43,160 nt of DNA. Origin: Acidimicrobiales bacterium. GTDB lineage: Bacteria; Actinomycetota; Acidimicrobiia; Acidimicrobiales; VFJN01. Shown here one piece after another: positions 32,500 to 42,100 of the stretch. Position 1 is the stretch's first letter. Each line of letters begins with the position of its first letter. Location: the NCBI GenBank assembly GCA_035707385.1, contig DASSUD010000440.1, positions 1 to 43,160 on the forward strand, given 5' to 3'. The notes under the pieces are model-generated. The model searched no databases and was not told where the DNA came from. It saw nothing but the letters and a program-made list of their open reading frames with translations. The position numbers were made by a program, and so were the translations under genes.

Positions 32500-35400
32500 A
32501 TGACGCTTTGGGACCAGCTCCCGGCTCCCGCGCAGAACAACGGGGCGGCCGAAGGCGTGCGGCCGCTGCTCGAGGCGCTCGACGCCAACCACGACGGGGT
32601 CGCCACCGAGGATGACGGCAGCTGGGACCGGTGGTCCGCATCGGGGACTTGGCCGACCCCGGTCAGCTTCGACCCCGGTGCTGGCGGGTTCACGGCCAAC
32701 GCGGTCAACGCGTCCACGCCGCTCGAGTTCCCCGACCCGGCCGTCGGGGTCGAGGTGGGGCTGCACCTCGACGCCGGCGGTAACCCCGACGGCGGCTGGC
32801 GGGTCACGCTGGAGGTCCCGAAGGTCATCGTGCGCCTCCCGTTCCTGCGGGGCGCCGACCTCGACGCCCAAGGCCAGCTGCGGGCCAACGGGCAGACCGT
32901 CCGGTTCACCCTTCCCGCGCTCCGGATCCGGGCCAAGCAGCTCACCGGCCAGTCCGTCGGCGTCGAGCTGCTGTCGGCCACGATCACCAACCCACCGGTC
33001 GATCAGCTCTACGAGCTGATCCGCATGGAACCGCCGTACGCGCTGATCGGGCCCAGCGACGTGGTCGGCTTCGCCTTCCGCACCGCCGTGCTGGACCTCA
33101 CCGGCGAGGCCGGCCCCGACGGCGTGCCGCCCGGCGCCCGGGCGATGCCGACCGACTGGCAGGGCCTGTGGCTGCCCGAGGCACGCCTGTTCGTCGCCCC
33201 AACCGGCCTTGACGGCCTGGCCGTCAGCGCCGGCGTGCGCGACCTCTGGATCGGGTTCGGGATTCACGCCGGGGTCACTGGCATCTTCGAGGCCGAGGTC
33301 GTCAACCGCGGCGGCACCCCGACGCTCAATGCCAGCTTCCGTACGGCTACAGGCCGCTGGATCCCGGCGCCGGCGACGGGCGCCGTCCTCCTGCCCGCCC
33401 AGACGACGCTGTTCGTCGACGCCCACGGCGGCATCGCCCCGGTTACCGTATCGATCGACATCGGCGGGACGGTCACCACCGCCGACCGCGTCGACGTGGC
33501 GGTGCCAGCCGCGGGCGCGGTGACCATCACGATCACCGCCACCGACGGGGGCGGCCACGTGACGACGCGCACGTTCGACGTGAGCCGCGAAGCCGCCACC
33601 CCGCCGGGCGGCTCCCCGGGGGCCATGACCACGCTGGCGCCCACCAGCACGGGAGCCCACCAAATGGTGCTGGTCTCTCAGACCACGACCGAAGCGGTCC
33701 TCAGGTTGGAACCGGAGGTGGCCGCCAACTGGAGCTGGCCGGGCGGCTCGGCGCCGAGTGCCACCAGCGCCACCGTGCCGATCGCGGCGGCCGGGGACTT
33801 CACGGTGACCGCCACGATCACAGCCGTGGCGCCGACAGTGATCGACGCCTTCTTCGTCTTCGACAAGCCAGCGGGGTGGGCTGACGACCTGGCCCGCGAC
33901 CGGTGGGCCAGCACCGGCGACAACATGCACACGGGACCGGCCGGCTCGCGCACCCGGCCGGGAAACTCGTCCACACTGGCGTCGACGCTGCCGGGCCGGC
34001 TCGCCCAGCTCGGCGCGGGCACCGCGCTCACCGTGCGGGGGTACGCCTCGTTCGAGGGCTTCGACGACGACCCACACCGGCAGCACAACGAGGCGCTCAG
34101 CGTCCGCCGCCGCGACGCGCTCATCGCGCTCTTGCGGGCCAGCGGGTTCACAAGCCTCAACGCCGCGACGTCGACCGGCCACGCAATGGCCCGCGACGGC
34201 ACGTCGATCGACGGCACGACACCAGCGCCACCCCCCGGCGACGCCCGCTGGTGGCGGGCCCGCGCCATTACCGCGACAACCGGCCCGGAAACGATCACCG
34301 GGCGGTTGCGGCGCCCCGCGCCACCGGCCACCACTAACACGGATCCCGCGCCACCGGCCACCGGCCGCCCCGACTGCTTCCGCCAGCTCGGCGTGCGGGT
34401 GGAGCTCCTACGGAGCACCTTCATCCGCGCCGAGCTGTACGGCCAGTTCGACATCGAGACGGCAGCGGAGACAGCGCTGCGCCACCGCGGGCAGCCGCCG
34501 CTGCGACAGGGGCCCCGCAACCCGATGGAGGGCGTGTGCGACTTCCTGGTCCGCCTGCGGGTCGCTGCCGACCGCGAGTCGTGGCTGGTCAGCGCCGAGC
34601 TGCGGGCAGCCGAGGGCGACCTCGACGGTCTGGCGATGATGGACGAGAGCCGGGCCAACCCGACCGCGCTCGACGTCCTTGGCGCGCTCGCCATCCTGGC
34701 TCCGCTCAGCTCGGCCACCGCGGAGCTGAGCCCAGCGGCGGGCACGCTTGTGGCGCTCGGCTCGCTCACGCTCGGCGGGGCGGGCCTCATCGACACGAAG
34801 CAGCTGATCCTCCGCGGCGCCGAGGTCGTTGTCAGCCAAGGGATCATCGCCGCGGACGGCAGCTCCACCGTCGACGCCCGCGGCACACAGGTGAGCGTGC
34901 TGCTCGACATCGAAACCGCTTTCACCTTCGACCTCGGCATCGTGCGGGTAGACCCGGCGCATCCGGTGACCACCCGCTACAAGGCCATCGGCGTCCGGTC
35001 CTCCTGGAACACGGCACCCGGTCCGGGCGGTCAGGTGGACTACCTGCCGATACCGGTCTTCGACCCCAGCCGCGGCTACACCCTCGACATCCCCACCGGT
35101 GCGCTGTCGGCCAGCCCGCCGCTCGACGAGCTGCTGCGGATCCTCGGCTTCCGGGTCAGCCGCGATAACCCGACCTTCGTCGAGGTGGAGGTCGGCCTCG
35201 GCGTCGACCTCGGGATCGTCGACGTCGAGAGCGTACGCGTCCGCGCCCGGATCGACGGGCCGCCGTTCGACATCACGCTGACCAAGCTCGTGGCATCGCT
35301 CGAGGTGCCGGGCGTGCTCCATGGCCGCGGTTCGCTCGAGTTCACGCCGCTGGGGTTCAAAGGCGCGTTCGACCTCACGGTGGTGCCCCTCAATATTCGC

Positions 35401-38400
35401 GCCACCGCGGTGCTCGCCCTCGAATCGCGCGACGGCGTCACCGGCGTGCTCGTCGGAGTCGACGTCGAGTTCCCGGCGCCGCTGCCGCTCGGCAACTCCG
35501 GGCTCGGCATCTACGGGTTCCTCGGTGGTGTCGGCGCGAACTACGCGCGCAACGAGGCACCACACGCTGGCAGCCAGGTGCCGGCGCTCGACTGGCTGAC
35601 TGCGCAGCTGCCACGCGTCGGTGGCGTCATGGACCCGACCGGCTGGACGTTGACGCCGGGCTCGTACGCGTTCGCCGCCGGCCTGCTGCTCGGAACCGTC
35701 GACGGCGGCTTCGTCGTGCACCTCAAGGGCGTGGTGCTGATCGAGGTCCCCGGGCCGCGGCTGTTGCTGATCATGAAGGCCGACGTCTTGAAGATGCCGC
35801 CGGTACTCAAGAGCGCCAGCCAGAACGCGACGTTCCTCGCCGTCCTCGACATCGACTTCGGGCGGGGGACGATCACCCTCGGCGTCGTCGCCACCTACGA
35901 GATCCGCCGCCTGTTGAAGATCCGCGTCCCGGTCACGGCGTTCTTCGACACGCAGCACCCGGAGAACTGGCTGGTCGACCTCGGCACCTACAACGACCGG
36001 GTCACCGTCGAGGTGCTCGACGTGATCACCGGTACCGGGTACCTGATGGTGCACGGCAACGGGCTGAGCATCCCCGGCCTGCCGCCGGTGACCGGCGGGA
36101 TGGCCATCGGCGTCGGGTTCCACATCAGCTGCATCCTCATGGGCAGCCGCAGCGCGGGCCTCTACCTCGAGGTGGCTGCGGGCTTCGACGCCATACTCGG
36201 GTTCGACCCCTTCTACCTGGCCGGCAAGATCTACGCCCGCGGCGAGCTCCGGTTGTTCATCGTGAGCATCGGTGTCAGCGCCGAGCTGGAGGTGATCGTC
36301 GGCCGGGTCTCCCAGACGAGCCCGGACATCACCTACGTCCATGGCGAGGTGTGCGGGAAGGTCGACTTCTTCTTCTTCTCGGTCAAGGGGTGCGTGTCGC
36401 TGACGATCGGCTCGAAGCCGGCGGCCCCGGCGACCCCACCGCTACTGGTCGCGGGGGTCAGCCTGGTCAGCCGGTCCCCGGCCCTGCTGGAGGGGACGGC
36501 CACCGATCGGGCCGTGGACGGGAAGCTGGGCGACGCGCCGGAGGACGGTACTAGCGGCACCCGCCCGTCCGTGCCCCTCGACGCCGTGCCGGTCATCGCG
36601 TTCTCGTCCGCGCCCGTTCTGACCGGGACCGCGCTGGGCGGGACGCCGGTGGGCAGCTCCGGCGCCCCGGCCGGCGGTTGGGTCCGCCTCGGCGACCGGT
36701 GGTGGACCTACGAACTGGTCGACGTGACGCTCGTCGGCAGGCTGACGGCGGGGTCGACGCCCAGCGCGTGGTGGGCGGCGCCGAACACCGACCCCGCCAG
36801 GGCGCCGTCACTTGCCCTGCTCAGCTGGCTTCCGACGCCGTTCAGCCGCGCCGTCCCCTATGGCGAGGCGCTCACGGAGATCGTCACCGGAAGCTGGGGG
36901 ACGGTGTGCAGCGACCCGGCGCCGCCCGCCCCCGTGCTCTGGACCTTCGACTACCAACCCCTGGGGCCCAGCCCCGTCGGCTGGCTGCTGCACGGCGTGC
37001 CGTGGCCAGACCCCCCTGGCACGGTCCGTACCGCCCCCGTCGACGGCGACGCACTCGTAACCGAGCCGTGGCGCTGCGGCGATGCGGCCATCGACCTGCT
37101 GGCCGGCACCGCGCCGGCGGTGGTCGTCGGCGACTCGGTGCGCTGCGGCGAGAAGCCCGACCGCGGGCTGCTCACCGATCCGATCGCGGCGATCAAGGGC
37201 TTCGGAGGACTGCCCGGCGCCGGGTTGGCCCACGACCACGCCGCGTTCCTCGCGATCACCGAGGCCGTGGCCAGCGGGGTCTCGGCCAGCGACCTCGCCG
37301 CGGCGGAGCAGGCCCAGCGGTGGGACCCGCGCGCGGCGAGGGACGACCACAGCTGCGACGGGCGCATCCTGCGCTCACCCGAGCTGGAGTCGGGCGAGCC
37401 GGCGCCGCTCGGCACACCCGAAGACGCCGAGCGGGTGAAGCAGGCGTGGGACGAGCTGGGCCATGTGCCCCACCGCCTTCGCGACGCCGTCCGCCTCACG
37501 GCCGAGGGCGGGCTCAACGGGTTCGGGTTGCTGCTGCTCGTCCCCGAGGAGCTGTTCGTCGAGCGCCTCATCGTGCTCTACGAGGACGCCGCCGGCGGCG
37601 GCGTTCACTCGCGTCCGCTGAGCTTCGACGACCGGGTGTCGCCGGCCAACCCGCTGCCCGGCGAGTGGCTGGACGCGGACGGGCCGTGGGCAGATCCGGT
37701 ACTGCGGGCCCTCCAGGTCGCCGCCCGGGTCGCAAGCGACTCCTGGCTGCAGCAGGCGTACGTCTTCATCCGCGACGAGGACCTGCCCGACGAGGTCACG
37801 TCCGTGGTCATCGGCTGGGGCGGCGACCACTTCCGGCGGGAGGTCGCACCGGCGTTTCACGTCGTGGCCGCCACCGGCGAGCTGGCCAGCGAGCGCTGGC
37901 GGTCTTCCTGGGACGACGAGGTTGTTAGCAGCAACCAGAGCGCGCTCAGCACGGTGCTGAGCCAGGACCCGGATGACCACGCGCTGTTCACGACGGGCAC
38001 GCAGTACGCGGTCGAGGTCACCTGGCGAGCGGCTTCGCTCCAGTCCGACACCCGCCCCGGTGCGGGCGTGACACCGAGCTTCGGGGCGAACAGGACGCAG
38101 CGCTTTCGTTTCACCGCCGACGGCTCCGACCAGGCGCCCAAGGACCTCGCTCCCTGGCTCCTGGCCACAGCACCCGGGCAGGGTGAGACGGGGGTGTTCC
38201 GCGCGGAGCCGATCCGGGTCGCGCTCGCGACGCAGAACGTCGCCGCCCTGTTCGATGCCTACGGCGAGGAGCTGCTCGTCGTCGTGCACTCCGCATCGGG
38301 CAAGCACCCGGCGCCGCCGGGGGGTTCGCCCGGCTCGGCGTTCACCATCCCGCTCGCTGTCGACGGCGTCCACCTCAAGGGTCTCATCGCCCTCACGGTG

Positions 38401-39183
38401 ATGACGCCCTGGGAGGAAGCGGTTCGCGAGGTGGCGGGCACGCTGGGATGCATCGACGGGTCGGGCACCTACACGCACCACCAGGTGCTCGAGCTGCCGT
38501 ATGACTTCGAACCGCTCACCGACTACCTGCTGGACATCCACGCCGTGTCCAGCGGCGGCTCGGCCACACACCAGAACCTGGTCCATCGCGTGCCGTTCAC
38601 GACAGGCCGATTCTTCGACGAGGGCCAGTTGGCCGAGCTGGTCCGTACGGCCGCCTGGGAGCACACGGTGGTCACGAACCCGGCGGCCCTGGCGGCGCTA
38701 GCCGAGCGGCCGACCGGTGACCAGCTCGACGCGGCGTTCCAGGCCGCGGGCCTTCGAGCCCCGCTGGCGCCGAGCCTGCCGCTGGTGCAGGTGCTGTGGA
38801 ACGCCGACGCCGTACCGCAACCCGTGGCGGTAGTGGTGGAGGGCGCCGAGCCTCTGTGGCGCAGCCGTGACCTCCCGGTCGTGGTGCCCGGCCCCGCGGA
38901 TGCCTCGGACCCGACCCACCGCTGGTGGGCGACCCGGCCGCAGGAGTGGCTGGCCCTGCGGGCGAGCAGCGCGGGTGGCACGTTGCCGGCGGCCGCGGTG
39001 ACGCGGATCGTGCGGGGGCCTGGGGCGACGCGAGCGGTCGTGGTGCTGGGTCCCAGCAGCCGCGGCGCCGAGCTGCGGCTGGACCTGGTGCGGGCCGCCG
39101 ACCCGTTGGCGGGCACGGCGGCATCGGCGGTGGCGGCGCTGAGGCTCCCGTTGCGGGCGGCGCCCTGGGAGTTCGAGGAGTAG
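32500..39183 (+). CDS. giant hypothetical protein (2227 aa) with a degenerate OmpA-like segment
   Basis: Uninterrupted 6.7-kb ORF with uniformly high GC3, and RBS GGGAGG 6 nt upstream of the ATG. I saw no signal peptide, Walker A, or nuclease/peptidase motif. OmpA_C-like LTVRGYASFEG...HNEALSVRRRDALIALL lies at about aa 505-545. Confidence 0.85.
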   Translation: MTLWDQLPAPAQNNGAAEGVRPLLEALDANHDGVATEDDGSWDRWSASGTWPTPVSFDPGAGGFTANAVNASTPLEFPDPAVGVEVGLHLDAGGNPDGGWRVTLEVPKVIVRLPFLRGADLDAQGQLRANGQTVRFTLPALRIRAKQLTGQSVGVELLSATITNPPVDQLYELIRMEPPYALIGPSDVVGFAFRTAVLDLTGEAGPDGVPPGARAMPTDWQGLWLPEARLFVAPTGLDGLAVSAGVRDLWIGFGIHAGVTGIFEAEVVNRGGTPTLNASFRTATGRWIPAPATGAVLLPAQTTLFVDAHGGIAPVTVSIDIGGTVTTADRVDVAVPAAGAVTITITATDGGGHVTTRTFDVSREAATPPGGSPGAMTTLAPTSTGAHQMVLVSQTTTEAVLRLEPEVAANWSWPGGSAPSATSATVPIAAAGDFTVTATITAVAPTVIDAFFVFDKPAGWADDLARDRWASTGDNMHTGPAGSRTRPGNSSTLASTLPGRLAQLGAGTALTVRGYASFEGFDDDPHRQHNEALSVRRRDALIALLRASGFTSLNAATSTGHAMARDGTSIDGTTPAPPPGDARWWRARAITATTGPETITGRLRRPAPPATTNTDPAPPATGRPDCFRQLGVRVELLRSTFIRAELYGQFDIETAAETALRHRGQPPLRQGPRNPMEGVCDFLVRLRVAADRESWLVSAELRAAEGDLDGLAMMDESRANPTALDVLGALAILAPLSSATAELSPAAGTLVALGSLTLGGAGLIDTKQLILRGAEVVVSQGIIAADGSSTVDARGTQVSVLLDIETAFTFDLGIVRVDPAHPVTTRYKAIGVRSSWNTAPGPGGQVDYLPIPVFDPSRGYTLDIPTGALSASPPLDELLRILGFRVSRDNPTFVEVEVGLGVDLGIVDVESVRVRARIDGPPFDITLTKLVASLEVPGVLHGRGSLEFTPLGFKGAFDLTVVPLNIRATAVLALESRDGVTGVLVGVDVEFPAPLPLGNSGLGIYGFLGGVGANYARNEAPHAGSQVPALDWLTAQLPRVGGVMDPTGWTLTPGSYAFAAGLLLGTVDGGFVVHLKGVVLIEVPGPRLLLIMKADVLKMPPVLKSASQNATFLAVLDIDFGRGTITLGVVATYEIRRLLKIRVPVTAFFDTQHPENWLVDLGTYNDRVTVEVLDVITGTGYLMVHGNGLSIPGLPPVTGGMAIGVGFHISCILMGSRSAGLYLEVAAGFDAILGFDPFYLAGKIYARGELRLFIVSIGVSAELEVIVGRVSQTSPDITYVHGEVCGKVDFFFFSVKGCVSLTIGSKPAAPATPPLLVAGVSLVSRSPALLEGTATDRAVDGKLGDAPEDGTSGTRPSVPLDAVPVIAFSSAPVLTGTALGGTPVGSSGAPAGGWVRLGDRWWTYELVDVTLVGRLTAGSTPSAWWAAPNTDPARAPSLALLSWLPTPFSRAVPYGEALTEIVTGSWGTVCSDPAPPAPVLWTFDYQPLGPSPVGWLLHGVPWPDPPGTVRTAPVDGDALVTEPWRCGDAAIDLLAGTAPAVVVGDSVRCGEKPDRGLLTDPIAAIKGFGGLPGAGLAHDHAAFLAITEAVASGVSASDLAAAEQAQRWDPRAARDDHSCDGRILRSPELESGEPAPLGTPEDAERVKQAWDELGHVPHRLRDAVRLTAEGGLNGFGLLLLVPEELFVERLIVLYEDAAGGGVHSRPLSFDDRVSPANPLPGEWLDADGPWADPVLRALQVAARVASDSWLQQAYVFIRDEDLPDEVTSVVIGWGGDHFRREVAPAFHVVAATGELASERWRSSWDDEVVSSNQSALSTVLSQDPDDHALFTTGTQYAVEVTWRAASLQSDTRPGAGVTPSFGANRTQRFRFTADGSDQAPKDLAPWLLATAPGQGETGVFRAEPIRVALATQNVAALFDAYGEELLVVVHSASGKHPAPPGGSPGSAFTIPLAVDGVHLKGLIALTVMTPWEEAVREVAGTLGCIDGSGTYTHHQVLELPYDFEPLTDYLLDIHAVSSGGSATHQNLVHRVPFTTGRFFDEGQLAELVRTAAWEHTVVTNPAALAALAERPTGDQLDAAFQAAGLRAPLAPSLPLVQVLWNADAVPQPVAVVVEGAEPLWRSRDLPVVVPGPADASDPTHRWWATRPQEWLALRASSAGGTLPAAAVTRIVRGPGATRAVVVLGPSSRGAELRLDLVRAADPLAGTAASAVAALRLPLRAAPWEFEE

Positions 39184-39185
39184 CC

Positions 39186-42100
39186 GTGGCGAGGACAGCG
39201 GACTCCTGGCGGTTCCGGGCCCGGGCGGAGCGGCTCTCTTGGACGACCAAGGCGCGCGAGCAGCTGGCCCTCATCACCGCCGTCGGCGCGGACGCTGGCT
39301 TCTGGGCAGAGCACCTCAAGCGACTCAGCGGGCGCTTCGATGAGGACATTCGGTTGATGTGGACGTGTTCGCCCGAGCTGGGTGTGCCGCGCGGGCCGTT
39401 CACGGTGTGGTCGCGCAAGCCGAGCGATGCGCTCGAGGAGGTCGACGTCACCATCCTCGGTGGTGCTTCGCCCGTGCTGTGGTGGGGCGGGGTTGAGGCG
39501 GCGTGCGTCGAGGTCACGTGTGAGCCCTTGAGCGGCAACCGCCCCGTCGGGCTGCTGCTGTTCCGCAACGGTGGCGAGCCGCGCCACGTCGTGTCAGCCG
39601 GCGCGGTCGACCCCGGCGGCGCCAACGTGGTGACGATCCGCGTCCGCACGCCTGGCGCGACCTTCGCCCGCCTCGTCGACGGCTTCAACCCGAGCGTGCT
39701 GATCGACCCACTCAGGACGGTGGTGAACGACGACAGTTGGCAGCCGATCGAGGTCGTCGGCCTTCCGGTGGATCAGCCATGGAACGGCACGATCTACGAC
39801 AGCTCGCCGCAGGGCCTCGTCGGGGCCGAGGTCGCCCCGCACGACGCGGCCGTCGACCGCCTGCGGCGGGGCGGCCCGCGAGTGGGCTGGTGGCCTATCA
39901 CCGAAACGGCCCGGACTGCGCCGTGGTGGGAGGCCCCTGACTCGGGCCGCCTCGTGAAGGAGGTCCGTGACCAGCTGTTGTCCGAGATCCTGCCCCTGTA
40001 CGACGGCGTCGCCGGGGAGCAGGAGCAGGCAGCACTGACGGACCTGCGAACGGTCGACGGCCCGAGCCAGGGCGGCAATACCTCGACGCTGGCCACGACG
40101 GCCGACGTCGGCCCCTGGGCCAAGCTCGTCCTCCCCGCGCTGAGCGACCCGTTCCTCAACCTGGCCTGCGGCTTCGGTACCGCGTACCCCGTGGAGGGAA
40201 GGGACACGCCGCCGGTAGCGGGTCATGACTTCCTCGTGACCGCGACGTACTCGCAGGTGCCGTTCCCGATGGACAGCGAGGAGGTGGCGGCCTACGCGCC
40301 GGCGGCCGCATTGCACCTCGCGGTGCCGGATCCCGCCGGCCTGGCGGCCGAGCGCCGGGGGCTGGTCGCCCCGCCAGTGCCGGACGCCACATGGCGGGAG
40401 TCGATCCGCCTCCGTTGGCAGCGGGTTGAGCCCACGGCGAGCATGCCGCCGATCACCGAGGCCGCCCTCGCGATCTACGAAACGTGGGGTGGCGGCGACG
40501 CGTCGTCGCTGTTGCCCGAGCGAGACGCGGGCGGCCCCCGGCCCTTCCTCATCGGAGCCGAAGCGCCCGAGGGCCAGCCGGGAAACGACCGGATCGCGCT
40601 CGTTCACGGTGAGGCCGAGATCCCCAACGGCAGCGGCGGGAGAGACGTCGGCTACGCGGTCGCGGTCAGCGACGTATTCGGCATCTGGTCCCGCTGGCAG
40701 GACGTGCGGTGGCGCGGGGACGAGCCGCTCCCGCTACCGCCCCGCATCGTGGCCGTCTCGCTGTCGACGACCTACGCCGGCTCGACGGCCTGCCCGGCCA
40801 CACTCGCAACCGAGATCGCGGTGGAGTGGCAGGAGCGCACGCCGACCTACGTCGATGTCGTCGCCCTCTTCTTCCCGATGGCCACGGCGACGACGGCGCC
40901 GCCCGCGGGCCTCTCGCCCGACCTGTCGCTCCCGGCCGGCTGCTTCCGGCGCGACCTCGCGCTGGGCTTCGTCGGCGACTCGCCGATCCCGTCGGGCTGC
41001 ACAGTGACTCCGCTGAACCCGGCTGGGGACGCGGCGATGGCGCCGGGGCCGGGCCAGGGCAACGGCGGCCGGCGCTACCGGCTGCGCGCCAACGTACCGA
41101 CGCTGGACTACGCCAGCGTCGGCCGTTGGGGCGTCCAGCTGTTCACACGGCGGGAGCTCGTCGTCGGGCCGACGCTCACGGCGTGGGGACCGCCGGCCAC
41201 CCACCCTGCGCTGGCCTCGGCGGCCAGCCCGGTCCCGGTCCTGCCCCTGCCGCCCCCGGCGCCGCCGGGCGTCCCCCTCGGGAGCACGCTCGACGCCGAC
41301 GGGCGCTCACACGTCCGCGTGCACTGGTCGCTGCCCTCGGGCGACGTGCGGACCTGCATCGTGTGGGAGGCGTCGGAGACCGCGCTGCGCCAACGGGTGG
41401 GGCTGCCCCCGCGGGCGCCGGACACAGACCCGCCCGGGGTGCGGCTGGCCGAGCTATGGAACCGCTACGACGCCATGACCCCAACCGCCCGGCGGGCCAC
41501 GTTCCGACGGCTGGCCGAACTGCCGAGGACGGCACGGCAGCACGACGTCGCCCTCCCCAAGGGATCGACCGACATCCACCTCTTCGTAGTCACGACGATG
41601 ACCGGCTCCGGTGTGGAGTCGCCCTGGCCGGGCGGCGCGACACCGCACGAGCACCTGCAGGCGGTCATCGCACCCCGCCTGCTGCAACCCGGCCCACCAA
41701 CCGTCGCGCCCGACTTCGATGAGGCGGGAACGGTCACGATCCAGTTGCGCAGCACCGGCGCCATCCCGGTCGACCGCGTCCGCCTCTACCGCACGCGCTC
41801 CGAGGGGGCGGCCCGCAAGGTGGAGACGATGGGACCAGCCTTCGCCGACGTCGGCGCCGTGGTGGTCTCCGGCCTCACGGATCCGGTCCTGCGCACGCCC
41901 GTGTACGAAGCGGTCTGGACGGGCCTCGTCCCCGGGCACTGGGACCCGTGGCTCATCCGGGCCGTCGCCGTCCCGCCGCACACGCTGCCCGTGCAGGGCG
42001 TGCGGGGGCTCCCATCGCCGGCCAGTGACGTCGTGTCGCTGCTCGTTCCGCCTGCGCATCCACCGACCCTGGAGCCGCTGCTGGCGGAGGTGTGGGGCGC

